Assembly (NCBI GenBank): GCA_010909165.1
Contig: MU008155.1
Span: 1,860,001-1,924,000 of the forward strand
DNA: 64,000 nt
Source of the DNA: Anthoceros angustus
Taxonomy: Eukaryota > Plantae > Anthocerotophyta
Direction: 5' to 3'
The notes under the pieces are model-generated. The model saw only the letters and a list, made by a program, of their open reading frames with translations. It did no database searches and was not told where the DNA came from. The position numbers were made by a program, and so were the translations under genes. This document shows positions 15,201-28,463 of this stretch, piece after piece. How positions within the stretch are numbered: position 1 is the stretch's first letter; every line of letters begins with the position of its first letter.

Positions 15201-18200
15201 CCTTGGTCGCATCCCTGAAGAACGTCTCTCTGCACACCGCTCTACGACAACCGGCTATTGAGCTTATGCAAGCCATCATGGTGGCGGATGCAGCAGCCTT
15301 GGGGGAGTTATCCGCAAAACATGATTCAATGAAGTCGAGATGGGGCTATCTATTAGATGATTCTTGTTATGAAGATGATGAACTTGAACTTGCTCTTGAT
15401 GCTTCGGAGTCCAATGATGGGAAGTGCTGGACATCTTTCCAAAAGGTGAACTGCATGGTCAGATCCATGGTCAAAGAAAAAGCTGACAGCTGGTTTTGCC
15501 TTCCTCTTGTATGGATGGACGGCCTTCAATCCCTCGTGCCAGCAACTGTTCCTTCATCCTTTTCCAACAGCGTTCTGTGGGCCGCATCCCGTCTCTCTCT
15601 CCTCAATCAGGATTCCACAGAGGTCCAAGGTGACCTTTTAGTGGTCCACAATGGGGTTGCCTTTTCTCAGGCTGTTGGAGCAGCCTTATACTGGTCTAGA
15701 CCTAATGGATGTGATGATGGCGATGATGGAAAGCTTCCCCTGAATGCAGTAAAGGCCAATACACATCAGGAGGAACTTATACGGGCTCTGAAAAGGTACT
15801 GAAAGGCTCGTTGGATGGTATGTTGATGAAAAATGGGCTTTAGTCACATTCTTTGCAGCATACACTTGTAGTGAGCGGTAGCAATTGAGGGCACCTGTTT
15901 ACAGAAGTTGGTGTCTGTGAAGATGTGCAGTTGTCTACTGTTCCAAATTACGGGATGAAATGTTTAAGCATTTGGCCTGGGAACCAAGAATAGCCGAGCC
16001 TATTTGTCTTCTACTTTTGGACAGTAATTCGGTATGTGGCACCGGTCAGAGAGTAGATGAAGCATATCCAATGTATCAGCTGCTTACTACCTTTGGAGTT
16101 GTCTTATTTCGGGAACAATGTGCAGACCTTGAGAAGTTTGGCGCGGGATATTCTACGTCATTTGGCCAATGAAAGTCAACTCGGGTCTGAGGAGTTGGGG
16201 ATGCTGTGCAGCTCTGACGTTGCAGTGGTTGCTGGCATCAGGGGTCTGTTACACGCTGCAAGAGTGGTATGAAGTGGAAAGTCTGGACTGTTTTCTTATG
16301 AAAAATTTCCAGCTCAACACTGGTCATGCTATGTGGGCAGGTCTTCGTAGCTGTCGTGAGGTATGCTGAGAAATCTCCTGATTTAGATCTTTGTTTCTGG
16401 TGCAGTTGCTGGCATGGCCCTTCCCAAAATGTTCTGCAGGTCTTCAACTGCTTTTCTTCCAGGCTGAAAAGCTGCTCAATTTGGACAAGAAGGTACCTGC
16501 TGTGACATCAGAATGTGGGACACCAATGAGTTCACAAGGCATCAAAATTTCCACACAAGGTGTTTCGGGCCTTACTTCTATACACAAAGCGTTGAAGATG
16601 TTGAGTGAAAACGTGTCACAGATTGTGTGGCCTCTGGTTTACAGATGTATAGTCACAGGCAAGGATCACGCCGCTGATGCAGGTCAACAGGTAGAGAGAC
16701 CCTTTGTCCCTGAACGCATAGCTGTGAGCAACCAGAGGCTGTAAGTACATGAGATTGATAATGGCACGCCCCCGTTTTCTGCAGGCAACTTTCATTCGCG
16801 TGATGGATATCTTGCCTTTAGTCTGCAATTGCGCACCAATTGGATTGAGGAGGCAGCTTTTTGGGCAAAATAACTGCACTGTGACTTCAAGGGGTGACCC
16901 TGACTGGTTTGGACAGTTTGCTAGCTGGCGTGATGTTTCAGCTCCATCAATCCACAGGCGCTGGAAGCATGCCCTGTGGACTTTCGTCAGTAGTTTCATG
17001 AATAGGGAACTGCCTGTGTCAGATCAGATTCTTGAGACGGTTCAACAGCTTCATGATGCTGGTCAGATATACCTTGTGATTTATTCCTTAGCTTTTTGTG
17101 CTTTGTTTGGTGTGTTGTCTAACAGTATTTTTTGGTCAGGCTCATGCTTTGACGATGACGAGAAGCAACATTTGAGTGCCCTTCTTGCCACTGCTCCAGA
17201 GCTAAGTCGTGAGATACGTCTCTCAGCCTCAACTGCCGAGGTTCAGGGACCAACTTATCCTGACCCGCATTTGGACCTTCATAGACGGAGCCTCAAGGAG
17301 CCATCAGACTTGGAAGATGCTGGTGATTCAGAATTATTAGACAGGATGGGAAGTGGCCACAAGGACACTGAATCAGATCTATCAGATGATGATGTTTTGT
17401 GCCTAGGTGGGGCTCAAGCAGGAAATGGGGGGATACAGCATGGGACATGTACTACTCCTGACAATAATTATACAGCACATGGGATAGGGAGAGCTCCAGC
17501 ACAGTCACTTAGTTTTAAGCGTCCATCTGTACGGAAGGCAGCCCCCAACGCATTCAGCCTCAAGAGAAACAGTACACTGGACAGTTTTTTTCAGAGGTCC
17601 CCTGGCAGTGTATGGGCCTCTGCCAGTAATGAAGCAGCAGGTGTACGCAGCCCAGTATTGTTCAACAGACCTTCAGCCAGCTCGAAAACATTGAAAACAG
17701 GTGCAAGTAAGGGCAGCAAGCTGTCTGCTCTTCGTGCAGAACACCGGTCAGATAGAGAACAACGAGCTGCGGTGGAGAGCATTGTTCGCAGTCAAGTGAA
17801 GGAGAGAGTTCAAAATGATAGAGATGCAGAGCCCAAAAGCAATGTTTCTGGAGATCACAAACCCCTTCCGACATTGCAGAATGTTGACCCATTTGACATC
17901 AAGCAGGTCAGTCAAAAGGAAGACAGTGCAGTACTGGAGTACCTTGTTCGGGATGTGGATGTGGATCCACTAGATACTGCATTAGACAATGCTGGAAAGC
18001 AGCAAGCAAAAGTTGCTCTTGCATCTGTTGCCTTTCCGAAAAGGCGTACTGTTTGTTTGGAAAGGGCAGGTGACTCATTTAGACCTGGTCATATCAGAGT
18101 TCCAGAGTCTCCTGTTAGACCACCTCCACCGAAATTGGATGATTGGTACCGGCGCATTCTGGCACTTAACTACTTTTTCACTATTGGGATAAGCACAGAC

Positions 18201-21200
18201 TCCGATGTGTCTGTTGATGATTTGCCAGAAGCAATTGTAAAGTTACCAATCACTTTCAGATCATCAGATCAGTATGTGGAGGTCTTTCGGCCTCTGCTGA
18301 TGGAAGAGTTTAAAGCACAGCTGCAGCGAGCACATGAAGAGATGTCTATGACAGATGGGATGACGGCTGGCAGTCTTGTTTTGATGTCCCTGGAACGTGT
18401 CGATGACTTCCAACGCGGCCAGTTCATAGCAGAGGCAGGCGCAGATGGTGCAGCAAGGGCATGTTCGGAAAATGATTTAGTTTTACTTACTAAGAAGCCA
18501 TTCACGGGTGATGAACAGAGTGTTCATATACTTGCAAAGGTATGAAGCATTTGTGGCATGGCTCTCATTCCCTTGTCTTTGACGGAGCGCAAGTGTTGGG
18601 GATGAGGCTCTAGACGTTATAAGTACTAACATCAATTGTTTGAACAGGTTGACAAAAGGGAGAGAGATAAAGTGAACAAGGCTGCAATAACTTTGTTGTT
18701 GAGGCTCTACCTTAACCCAAAGAACTCTCGCCTTGCAAAGGCTAAAAGGCAATTGCTGGACCGCAGTAAGTGGTGTATGACACGCTTGTTGAGCATTACA
18801 CCACAGCTACGTGAGTTCCAGGCTCTTTCTGCGGTGGCCATTTCTCCCTTCATGCCAGTTATATTATGCCCATCACCTGATCTGTCGAGCTACGGTGGGT
18901 TGAGCACGCAAGCCCGATCTGCTCACCTCCAAAATCTGCGGATTCTACCAGATCAGCTCCAGAGGAAATTAAGGTCAGAATATAATGAAAGTCAACTTGG
19001 TGCAGTTGCAGCGTCAGTTGGAAAACCCTCAAGGACTGGCATGCATCACCTGGCTCTGGTACAGGGTCCTCCAGGTATGTTGATATTTTTGAGCCTGTAT
19101 GATATTATTCTTACTGCAAATCGTGTAGGCTGCTGTAGTGGTTTTACAATAATTTAGCAGCCCTGCATCTGAGCATCTGGCAGCTCAACGGCACCAAGTT
19201 ATCTCCTCGGAGAGATATGCTCTTAACAGATTACTGACTCCAATCTATCATGCTCGCAGGAACAGGCAAGACCCGGACAATTGTAGCGATTGTCAGTGCA
19301 TTGTTAGCACTGGGGAACAGTGCTGAACCTTCTGCCAATATGGAAGAGGCATCCCATTCTCGAAACAAACCTTCTCGATTTTCAAGTGAAGCAGCTGTGA
19401 TTGCCAGGTCGTGGCAAGATGCCAGAGTGGCCAAGGATTTGATGCGGCAAGAGAATAGTACTGCTTTGCTGCATAAGAAGCAGAGGGTCCTGGTCTGTGC
19501 ACAATCCAATGCAGCAGTAGACGAGTTAGTGCTAAGATTCTGTAAGCATGGACTGTATGGAGTTGATGGCCAGATCTTCAAGCCCGATCTAGTGCGGGTT
19601 GGTAATGCTAAAGGAGTCCATCCTGACTCGAACCATGTCTTCATTGATACTCTGGTTGATAAAAGACTTGGTGAAAGCAGTAAGGAAGATGAGGGTGAAA
19701 CAGGGCAGGACCAGGCTGAAGTGCTGAAGGCCAGGTTTGAGAAGATTTGTGAGAGAATACAGGCACTTGAGGCGGCAAAGTCAGAATGCGAAGATTCACA
19801 AGACAAGCTGGCAAATGCTGGTTCAGACAATAGTGTGATGGAAGAGCAGTCAGCAATGGAAGAGAAGGATGGGGGCCCTGACAATGATGCAAAGTGGCTA
19901 CATGCTATCAAGAAACTAGGTAGGGAAGGAATTGATGGTAAGTTGAAAGCGCTTAAGAGGCAGAAACAGCAATTGTATGCAGAGCTTCGAGGGGCACAAG
20001 CTAAGAGGAACAAAGTTTTTGAAGAGAACAAGTTGAAGAGAGAAGCTGTGCGGAGGGACATTTTAAGGAATGCAGAAATAGTAATAACCACGCTTAGTGG
20101 CTGCGGGGGAGATATCTATTCAACGTGCATGGAGTCATTCACTGGCATCAAGAACTCAAAGCGACTCAATGACTGTTTCTTCAATGCAGTTGTCATTGAT
20201 GAAGCTGCGCAGGTTAGTTTGTTTGACACAGCGGTGAAGCTGGTCTTTTGTTCTTTTTCATCCCTGTGACTGAATGTGGGTATTTTACGCAGGCCCTGGA
20301 ACCGGCAACTCTGATCCCCTTGCAGCTTCTTGTACACCAAAAAGCAAGATGCATCATGGTAGGAAGTTTGTGGTAGCATGGACACATGATGCTTTGAGCT
20401 TGTGAACTATTGCAGCAGACAATCTTATTTTAGCCCATACTTGTACCAGGTCGGGGACCCAAAGCAATTGCCTGCAACAGTTTTGTCACAGACAGCCAGC
20501 AAGATGGCATTTGAGTGTAGTATGTTTGAGCGGCTGCAAAAGGCTGGCCATCCCGTCACCCTCCTTAGCATCCAAGTAAGTTTGCTCGAGTTTGTGCTTT
20601 ATTTCATGATGAGTAGTCTCTGCAAGGCGTGCGGGAGTGCGAGAGTGGTCGGTTTTTGTGTTATCAGTATGTGTTCCTACTGCTTCAGCTCACTCTGTTG
20701 TGCTTTGATTGTAGTACCGAATGCACCCAGAAATAAGGAAATTTCCGTCAGAACATTTTTATGAGAATCAGCTGATTGATGGGGAGACACTAACCGAAGA
20801 GAGTAGAACAGCAGCTTTTCACAAGGATTGGTGCTTTAAACCCTACGTGTTTTTAGACGTGGTGGATGGACAGGCGAGAGCAAGGTCGGGGTCAGTGTCT
20901 CAGTCTCTTTCTAATGAAGCTGAGGCCGAGGCTGCGGTGGAGCTCGTTCGATCATTAATTCAAAGGTAGCACTTGAAGTCGTGGTTTATTTTCCTATGTA
21001 AGTAAGATCGACTATTTGGGGATGTTGCTAATGAGCTGAATTCTGCAGGTACCCGTCTGAGAGTCTTTCAGGAAGGTTGGGAGTAATCACGCCCTACAAG
21101 CAGCAACTTGGTGTTCTACGTGACCGCTTTAAGAGGGCTTCGGGTCCTGTAGCGCTTCTGGATATTGAGTTTAACACGGTGGATGGATTCCAAGGTCGTG

Positions 21201-23995
21201 AGGTGGATATCGTGATCTTCTCAACAGTGCGTGCATCATCTGGAGCAAGTGGGAAGGGAGGAATTGGCTTTGTTGCTGATGTCCGGCGAATGAATGTTGC
21301 CCTGACTCGTGCCCGGTTTTCACTTTGGATTGTTGGAAATGCAAGCACTCTCCAGGCAAATCCTTCATGGGGCTCATTGCTTGTTAATGCTAGAAGCAGA
21401 GGTGTGATATGGTCCATACGAAGACCCTATGCACCACTGTTTCTAGAATCTGGTACACCCAAAGGACAGGAGAAAATGAAAATGGAATTTCATGACTCCA
21501 TAGAGAGGGGGATGCAGGGAGTTAACTATGCACAAAAGATGGACGTTCATCCACTGTATGAGCCCCAGAGCAAAAGGGCAAGGTCTGATCGGGCCAGACC
21601 GAGTGGCAACCTTGGCAATGGTGGTGCCCTGTATAAGCCCCAGAGCAAAAGGGCAAGGTCTGATCAGGCCAGACCGAGTGGCGACCTTGGCAATGGTGGT
21701 GCACTGTTTGAGCCCCAAAACAAAAGGGCAAGGCCTGATCACGCCAGACCGAGTGGCGACGTTGACAATGGTGGAGAAAGGATGTTGCCAGGTTTGCTAT
21801 CTGAACCTATGGTGACACAGGATGTGAGTGCGAGGGAGAATGGTGGTTCACATGAAGTTTCGTGTAAAGCTGAAGGGGCAAACATGTCAGGTCTCAATGT
21901 TGTTGAGGGTCCTGAGGGAGGGCTGGGAGATGCTTTTCAGAGTAGAATCAAAAGGCACACCGACCAACAGAAAGGCTCAAGTCTTTGTGACCCACAAGCT
22001 GGTAATCAGAGAGATGGTCAGCCTGGCCAGAGACAAGTAAGGGATAATCAGAGAGAGGACGTGCCTGGCCAGAGACGTGTTGCAGGAAGCAGATTTGACT
22101 CCCAGAAACAGGAGGGCCAGAACCACGACCATGGTGACACAAAACTTGTGAGCAGCTATTGTGAAAATGGAGGGAACGTGAAGGTCGGAAGCCTTCGTAG
22201 GCGTGCTGAAGAACCCAAGCTGGGAAGAAGTCAGCAGTATCAGGAGCTCGATCGACACACTGCTTGGAGCTCTGGAGGTGCATCAGGGGAAGTAAATGAA
22301 AGGCAAGTTGAAAACGAGGGCAACTTTAAGGAGGTAGGAGATACTCACAGAGATAGACATGAGCACAGGAGGCGTGCTGAAGACCATATGCAAGCCAGAA
22401 GTCAGCACTACCATGAGCACGATCGACGTGGTCTCGGCTCCCCTAGATTTGCGTCTGCAGAAAAAGGCCGTGATGACAGTGAAGGCAAAGTCAAGGTTGT
22501 GGGAGATAGTCACAGAGAGAGACATAAGGACAGGAGACGAGCTGAGGACCTAAAGCAAGGCAGAAGGCTGCACCATCATGAGCTTGATCGATCTGTTCAG
22601 GTATCTATGGAACGAGGTGAAAGACATCCAAGCAGGGAGGTATCTGTGGAAAGAGGTGAAAGACATCCAAGCAGGGCGGTATCTGTGGAAAGAGGTGAAA
22701 GACATTCAAGCAGGGAGGTATCTATGGAAAAAGGTGAAAGACATCCAAGCAGGGGGATGGGACGAGAACGAGATGATTGGCCCCACAAAGGGATTCGAGG
22801 TGAAACACGTAGAAGTAGGGAGGAGGAACAGGTCAGCAAGAACAAGGGTCGGCAGCCAGGGACGCATGAGGATGTTAGAGGGCACCTCCACAGTGCAACG
22901 GCCTCTGGCAGGCGTTTGAACGAGGGCACCCTCCTGCACACAAGACAAGAAGCAACAAAGGGATCAGTCGTATCTGGGGTACAGGATTTGGAAGAGAGCA
23001 GACAACAAAGGAAAGACAGCCCTAGGAGTCCTAGGCCTGCAGGCTCAAGCAAAGGGCTGGACGAAATTGCTTCAAGGAAACAACAGAGGCTAGAAGCTGA
23101 AGCAATTATGCGGAATGGCTTGCTTCCGTCGTCAAGGTTGGCAGATGCTGGGCGTCCTCCAAAGTCTTCGATCAACGAAGGTGAGCTATTTCTGCTGAGA
23201 TATGGGCTGATGTTAGGTGTCTTCGGTGGTCACTGTCTGATTTGCCCATGTGGGTTAACTTGGGCAGTCAAAGACTCGAACAGGTTTCAAGTCTGTGTAG
23301 GGTGAAGACTCGTAGGAGGAAGGAAGAGGTGTAGGTTAACGATTCGATTTCTAGGAGGGACGAAATCTTAAGCATTGGTTTTTTTTCTTTTTAATAGGTT
23401 TTCTTACAGGGTAGGTTTCCTTTCAGGGGGTTTTTACTGTTATAGAGGTCTTTTAATGCCGCTTAGGAGTACCTCTCTTTTCACAATTTCTTCTAAGGAA
23501 GTATGCTTATATGGGCCTTGGATGGTCGTGGTCAGGGCTCAGGATGGTCGTCGTCCTGGCTCATGTCATTTTGTTGGTCTGTGTCCTGCCTGGCTCATGT
23601 CATTTTGTTGGTCTGTGTCCTGCCTGGCTCATGTCATTTTGTTGGTCTGTGTCCTGGCTCATGTCATTTTGCTGGTTTGTGCTTAACAGGTAAGCGAGTT
23701 GAAGTAGACGGGAGCGCCGTGCGCCGAGCCCCCGGTAACGCTCCTGTTGGACTTGGTGGAAAGAAGGTGCATATTCAGGCCTATGATAGTACGATTGATT
23801 TTTTGAGCGAACTAGTGTACGAATGTTTGAACAGCTTTGTCCAAGCACTACCTTTTGATATGTCAACTTGCTGTTGGAGGAAAACAGACGAAGGAGAGCG
23901 CTCTGAAGGCCACCAAGGGACGTACATCTGTGGATGACATTTTGGCGGGATTAGAGTCGTTGAGCGCATCTCAAGTCAAGGGTGGCAGGATGTGA
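12260..23995 (+). CDS. SEN1-like: SEN1/senataxin-like superfamily-1 RNA/DNA helicase with long N-terminal domain, multi-exon
   Basis: Helicase motifs LVQGPPG|TGKT (split by an intron), LVCAQSNAAVDEL, VIDEAAQ, VGDPKQLPAT, Q|YRMHPEI, GVITPYKQQ, NTVDGFQGREVD, RRMNVALTRAR. N-terminal HCWC..LW.RIS.ELR.C..C...HH is typical of the long plant SEN1 subfamily. ATG at 12260. The last exons (stop ~23993-23995) are inferred from splice signals and are less certain. Confidence 0.9.
21554..21775 (+). repeat. Coding tandem repeat of 3 x 75 bp in the helicase C-terminal tail
   Basis: L(Y/F)(E/K)PQ(S/N)KRAR(S/P)D.ARPSG.(L/V)(G/D)NGG repeated three times. Confidence 0.9.
22601..22756 (+). repeat. Coding tandem repeat of 4 x 39 bp in the helicase C-terminal tail
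   Basis: VS(M/V)E(R/K)GERH(P/S)SR(E/A/G) x4. Confidence 0.9.
23555..23680. repeat. Intronic minisatellite, ~4 x 30-34 bp
   Basis: CCTGGCTCATGTCATTTTG(T/C)TGGT(C/T)TGTG repeated just upstream of an acceptor site. Confidence 0.9.
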
Positions 23996-24704
23996 ACGAC
24001 GTGCGTGTACATTCGTACACTAGAAGCTCGGTGGGGAAAACCGTCACCAGGGGATGGGGGCACACGGTTGTTGGGCATGTAGGTACGTACATAGGATCTC
24101 CAATTTAAACCTGCTTCCAGCTCCCTTTGTCCTTGCTGGCCAATATGGCCATCGCAATAAGTGACGTGCCGACAAATCCGCGTATCCCTTCTCCCTTTTT
24201 CCGGACGCTCTTTCAAGTCCTCTCTCCTCCATCCAGGGCTTCGTGTGCCAGCGGCTGGGCAATCCTTGACGGCTGGGGTAGCACGTTCTCACGGTAGGAT
24301 ATGTCAGATTTGTCGTCTGGGCTGGCTCTCTCTCCGGATCTCTACACTCTCTACAGCTTCCGGCTCTCTACGCTGTTCATATCATCAGTGGTCACATGGT
24401 GGCTGCCTGTTGGAACTTGGGTTACGGGTTCGAAGAGACACATCGAAAATGAAGATGGAATGAGAAGAAAGTGGTAAGTTATATGCGCATCGCGAAAACG
24501 ATGCAGTGGGTGTACAAGTGGTATGACTGGTACCTACAAGAGATTGCTGTCAGGCAGACTGTATGGTACATTTTTCTTTTCCCTGATGCCTTCCCACCAC
24601 AATCGAGAAGTGGCACAGAAATAATTTGCAGTAATGAAGCAGCAACAAACACGACGATGACGGTGTGCTTGCATTGCGAATTGCGAAGCAGCAACGACTG
24701 ATAA

Positions 24705-26309
24705 TCAAAGAGTTGCGTTAGGAAGGGTCGCGTTTGCCACCTTGTTCCCTCGCTCGCCTTTGGCGTTCTCAGCGAACTTGAGGCTGGCTTCGTGCAACCC
24801 CTTCTGCCTCTCGGCCGCAGTGTACTCCGCGGAGTAGTAGGACTCCTCGGTGGCGGAAGCCCTGGCGGGAAACAACATGCTGCCCCACTGCGGAAAGTGG
24901 ACGGGGACGATGAGCGCGCAGCTGGCGATGATCATGATCCCCATGTATTGAATCCCCTGCTCCGTGCTGTAGGGGGCCTTGGTGAAGAAGAGGAGCGTGG
25001 TGACGATGGAGCCAACGTTCCCTCCTGCCCCCGTCATACCTGAAATGACCCCCAGAGACCTCCGGGACACGAACGGGATGATCCCGAAAGTGGCCCCGCA
25101 CGCAGCCTGGACGAAGAAGGAGAAAACAAGCATGACGAAGATAGATGCCGACAGAACCCCAAGCTTCCCCAGGACAAGGCAGAAAATGCCGCCGGCGAGC
25201 TGGAGAAGGAAGAGGCACCAGAGGCGGCCTCGCATCCCGAACCGGGACGCAGCGAGGTCGGAGAGGACGCCGCCCAGCGGGCGGGACACGATGTTGAAGA
25301 GCCCGAATGTGGCCGCGATGAGGCCCGCCGTGTGGAGGTTGAGGTTGAACCTGTCGTAGTAGTACTGCGCGATGACGTTGTCCACCGTGAGCTCCACCCC
25401 AAAGCAGTAGCCGTAGGTGAGGGCGAAAATCCACGAGCGGTAGTTGGTGATGGCGTTCCAGATCATCTTGTGCGACTGGTCGGCGGCCTTGGTCCCCTTC
25501 TTCTTGAGCGCGGCGTAGTTCCCATCGGGCAGGTCCTGGCCGAACGCCAAGCACACGAGGCCCATGAAGATGTGGAAGAAGCCGGGGACGAAGAAGGAGA
25601 GTCTCCAGGCCGTGAAATCCTCCGCCCCGATCCCCCGGATGAGCTCGTAGACGAGCGGCATGATGAGCTGCGTGGCGCCTCCCCCGAGATTGCCCCACCC
25701 CGCGGCCGTGCCGTTGGCCAGCCCCACGATCCGGCTGGTGAACAAGGAGCTCATCCAGAACTGGCAGCTGACGAAGGTGGCGAGCGAGAAGCCGATGCAG
25801 AAGCGCGCTAAGATGAAGCCCGTGACGGAGTTGACCGAGGCTATGGCGAACACGGCCGGGGCCGTGATCATGAGCAGGAAGGCGGTCCCGTAGCGAGGCC
25901 CCACCTTGTCGCACACGATCCCCATCACGAGCCGCGAGAAGACGGAGCCCGACACGGACGCGATGGCCGCGTTCCCGATGTCGAACTTGTCCAGGTCCAG
26001 GTTGTCCCGGATGACGGGGATGAGGGGCGGGGCCGCGAAGGTGGAGGTGAAGCAGAGGAAGAAGGAGAACCAGGAGATGTGGAAGGAGCGCATGTGCGGG
26101 GCCGCGAAGGACAGCAGCCGCAGCGTCTTGGCCTTGTTCTCCGAATCCACCGGGAGGGCGAACCTGCTCGGCCCCCCGTCGCCATCCTTCTGCTCCACCC
26201 CCGCCACCGTGATGGCGAACATCTGCTCCTTGCCCGTCACCCCGTGCAGGGACGTCCCGGGCGCGCCCTTGCTCTCGTGCCCGATGTTGGACGTGCTCAT
26301 TTCCGCCAT
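24705..26309 (-). CDS. NRT2: High-affinity nitrate transporter (MFS nitrate/nitrite porter family), intronless, ~534 aa
   Basis: [39 protein letters not shown], nitrate signature [79 protein letters not shown]. Likely start MAEMSTS at 26309. Confidence 0.97.
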   Translation of the reverse strand: MAEMSTSNIGHESKGAPGTSLHGVTGKEQMFAITVAGVEQKDGDGGPSRFALPVDSENKAKTLRLLSFAAPHMRSFHISWFSFFLCFTSTFAAPPLIPVIRDNLDLDKFDIGNAAIASVSGSVFSRLVMGIVCDKVGPRYGTAFLLMITAPAVFAIASVNSVTGFILARFCIGFSLATFVSCQFWMSSLFTSRIVGLANGTAAGWGNLGGGATQLIMPLVYELIRGIGAEDFTAWRLSFFVPGFFHIFMGLVCLAFGQDLPDGNYAALKKKGTKAADQSHKMIWNAITNYRSWIFALTYGYCFGVELTVDNVIAQYYYDRFNLNLHTAGLIAATFGLFNIVSRPLGGVLSDLAASRFGMRGRLWCLFLLQLAGGIFCLVLGKLGVLSASIFVMLVFSFFVQAACGATFGIIPFVSRRSLGVISGMTGAGGNVGSIVTTLLFFTKAPYSTEQGIQYMGIMIIASCALIVPVHFPQWGSMLFPARASATEESYYSAEYTAAERQKGLHEASLKFAENAKGERGNKVANATLPNATL

Positions 26310-26579
26310 GTCACCGTCCCGCTGCCTCCTCCTCTCCCTCACACTCCCCTTCCCTTCCCTTGCCTTCCCTTCCCTTCCCCTCCCCGCGCAATCCGCGGCC
26401 GCTGCCTCCCTCAAGCTACCGCATCTCGCTTCCCGGGTCGCAGCGGGTGGAAGCGAAGCGAGCCCTGCGGGCCCGAAATGCACGCACTGGGACTGGGAGA
26501 AGTCGCGTCTTGCGTCTCGTCCGTCGCCCCTCGCCCCACTCAGATCTGCGTCTTGACGCTATCCTGGTGCTGACTCCAG

Positions 26580-26588
26580 CTTTATATT
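26580..26588 (-). promoter_or_regulatory. Putative TATA box of NRT2
   Basis: Minus-strand AATATAAAG is an isolated AT-rich patch in a GC-rich region ~270 bp upstream of the ATG. Confidence 0.6.
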
Positions 26589-27160
26589 CGGCCCGCGCCC
26601 GCATTGCCTGTCAGTTCTCCCGGGCTCCCGGCGCTGGCCCGGTTGGAGGGTTCGAGGTTCGAGGCGTCGCGGCCCGCCTCGGCCCAGGCTTCCAGGCTTC
26701 AGCCCTCGCCGCTTCCTACATCCCAATCGCTACCCGGTGTGCGCCGCGTCCCCGAACCGGGGCCCGAGCCCAGGCTCGTCACCCGTCCCAGATCTTCACA
26801 TCCCGGGCCTCCGCCGCGTCCGCCGACCCTGCTTTTCTCGAATTCCTCGCCTCCGCCCCCGCTTCCCCACTTTAGTACAATAAACAGGATCAGCTAAATT
26901 GTAGCATGTGCTTGCATGCTCTCCCGGGATACCGGGCTTTGGCATCCTGTAATCTACGCGCCACTTTTACAGGAGGGCTAGGCTAATCTGTGTCTTCCAA
27001 CACACTCTCTCTCTCTTCCCACGCCGTACCGGATTCTGCCGTCGGTGGGTCCCTGGGACTCCCTATCAACAGGAGCTCCCCTCGCTAGCTACTCCATGTC
27101 CAGACAACCTGCACATGTCACAGAATCCAAAATTGCGTATATAATTTTATATCGTTATCC

Positions 27161-27228
27161 GAGACTTTATAGAAAGATATAGAGGTGAGACTTTATAGAA
27201 AGATATAGAGGTGAGACTTTATAGAAAG
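27161..27228. repeat. 26-bp tandem repeat (~2.6 copies)
   Basis: GAGACTTTATAGAAAGATATAGAGGT repeated. Confidence 0.9.
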
Positions 27229-27235
27229 AAAAGAG

Positions 27236-27840
27236 ATGGAAAAAATACCATCTACATGGAGAAAAAAAAGGGGTCAACCTGACAAAGGGCACCATGCTAA
27301 GGGACTAACTCCGGTGATAGTTTTTCTCAAAACTATCTACAGTCCTAAGAATATTGTGATGGGGATAAGAAAGGGTTTAAAAGGGATCAACCCAACAAAG
27401 GACACCAGGCTTAGGGGACCAACTCCAAAAAAAAGCCACCTCCCCTGTGCTAGTCGCCGGCGCCCTCTGTAGCACCACCTTCGACAACGCCCTCTGCAAG
27501 GCGATGGATACCCATTGCCTGAAGAAAGACACAATACAAGAAAGGGGGAGACCAACCCCATTCCTACAATCATGGTAAGCATTAGCACAGGCCTTGAGGA
27601 ACTTCGAAAAGTCCCAACCCATGGCTCCATTGAGTCTCGATGGTGAGGGGGATAAAAGTGTGGTCGTTCTACATAGGAGAGTACTTGTGGACCTTGGCCG
27701 TCGCACAGCCTTTCACCGCCCAATCCAGGGGGTTGAGGATAACATGCTCACAAACACTGTCTTGCGTGGAGTCCATTACAACCACATCAGCGACGCGATA
27801 GAAGCCTGGTCCCCCGGGTCAAGAAAAGGTAAACCCTGAG
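27236..27840 (-). mobile_element. Probable 3' fragment of a degenerate L1-type LINE
   Basis: Minus-strand translation gives SIASLMWL*WTPRKTVF, resembling the L1 ORF2 C-terminal LWxIWxxRNxxxF motif, followed by a pyrimidine-rich tail. Confidence 0.35.
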
Positions 27841-28463
27841 AGACGCACCATTGAGCAAGGTGTAGGGATGCTCCCTATAGGGAAAAAAGTTCTTTTACTA
27901 CTTGTCAATACAATCTGTAAAATATTTTCTTTTATTGAGTTATCATTGTATCTTCCTTCTCATTTAGATTCGGATCAACTTTTGGTCAAATTCAAGCTAT
28001 TATTTTTGTATGGGGATATGAACCTAGTCGTATTTGCAACAAACAAACCAAGGAATATGGGCAATGTATTTGATAGTATTGAAAAGCCTAGAATCAATAT
28101 TTTTTCCATAATGTGAGAAGAGAAGGATTACTTCCCTTCAACAGCAACCCCTTTCTGTCTGGGTAGAAAGGGGTTTCTCCAGTGACCCCTTCTTGCACAT
28201 GTCCGAGAATGGACCCCTTTTTGCATCAAGCAAAATCCAACCCCAAATCGGCTGTTCTGAAGCAATGGCTAGTGTTTTCCCTCCAACGTAGGTGTAGTTG
28301 CTTTCACATAATATGAGTTATCACAATGCACAACAATAATGAGGGCATGAAACCCTAGTCCACCTTATGGTTCCGGTTATATTGAAAAAAAGATTACATT
28401 TCGGTGCGCAAACATGTGCGAGCCCTGACCCTAAATGCCAAACCCTAATTTATGGTACCATTC

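Noticed and set aside
24769-26875. Long overlapping and antisense ORFs across NRT2, including the 592-aa extended N-terminus
   Set aside because: Shadow frames of a very GC3-rich gene. The extension starts at a non-ATG codon in the presumed 5' UTR.
27266-27291. NRE-like half sites (AAGGGGTCA, AAAGGGCA) upstream of NRT2
   Set aside because: Same orientation rather than palindromic, and inside a probable LINE remnant. Too weak to call.
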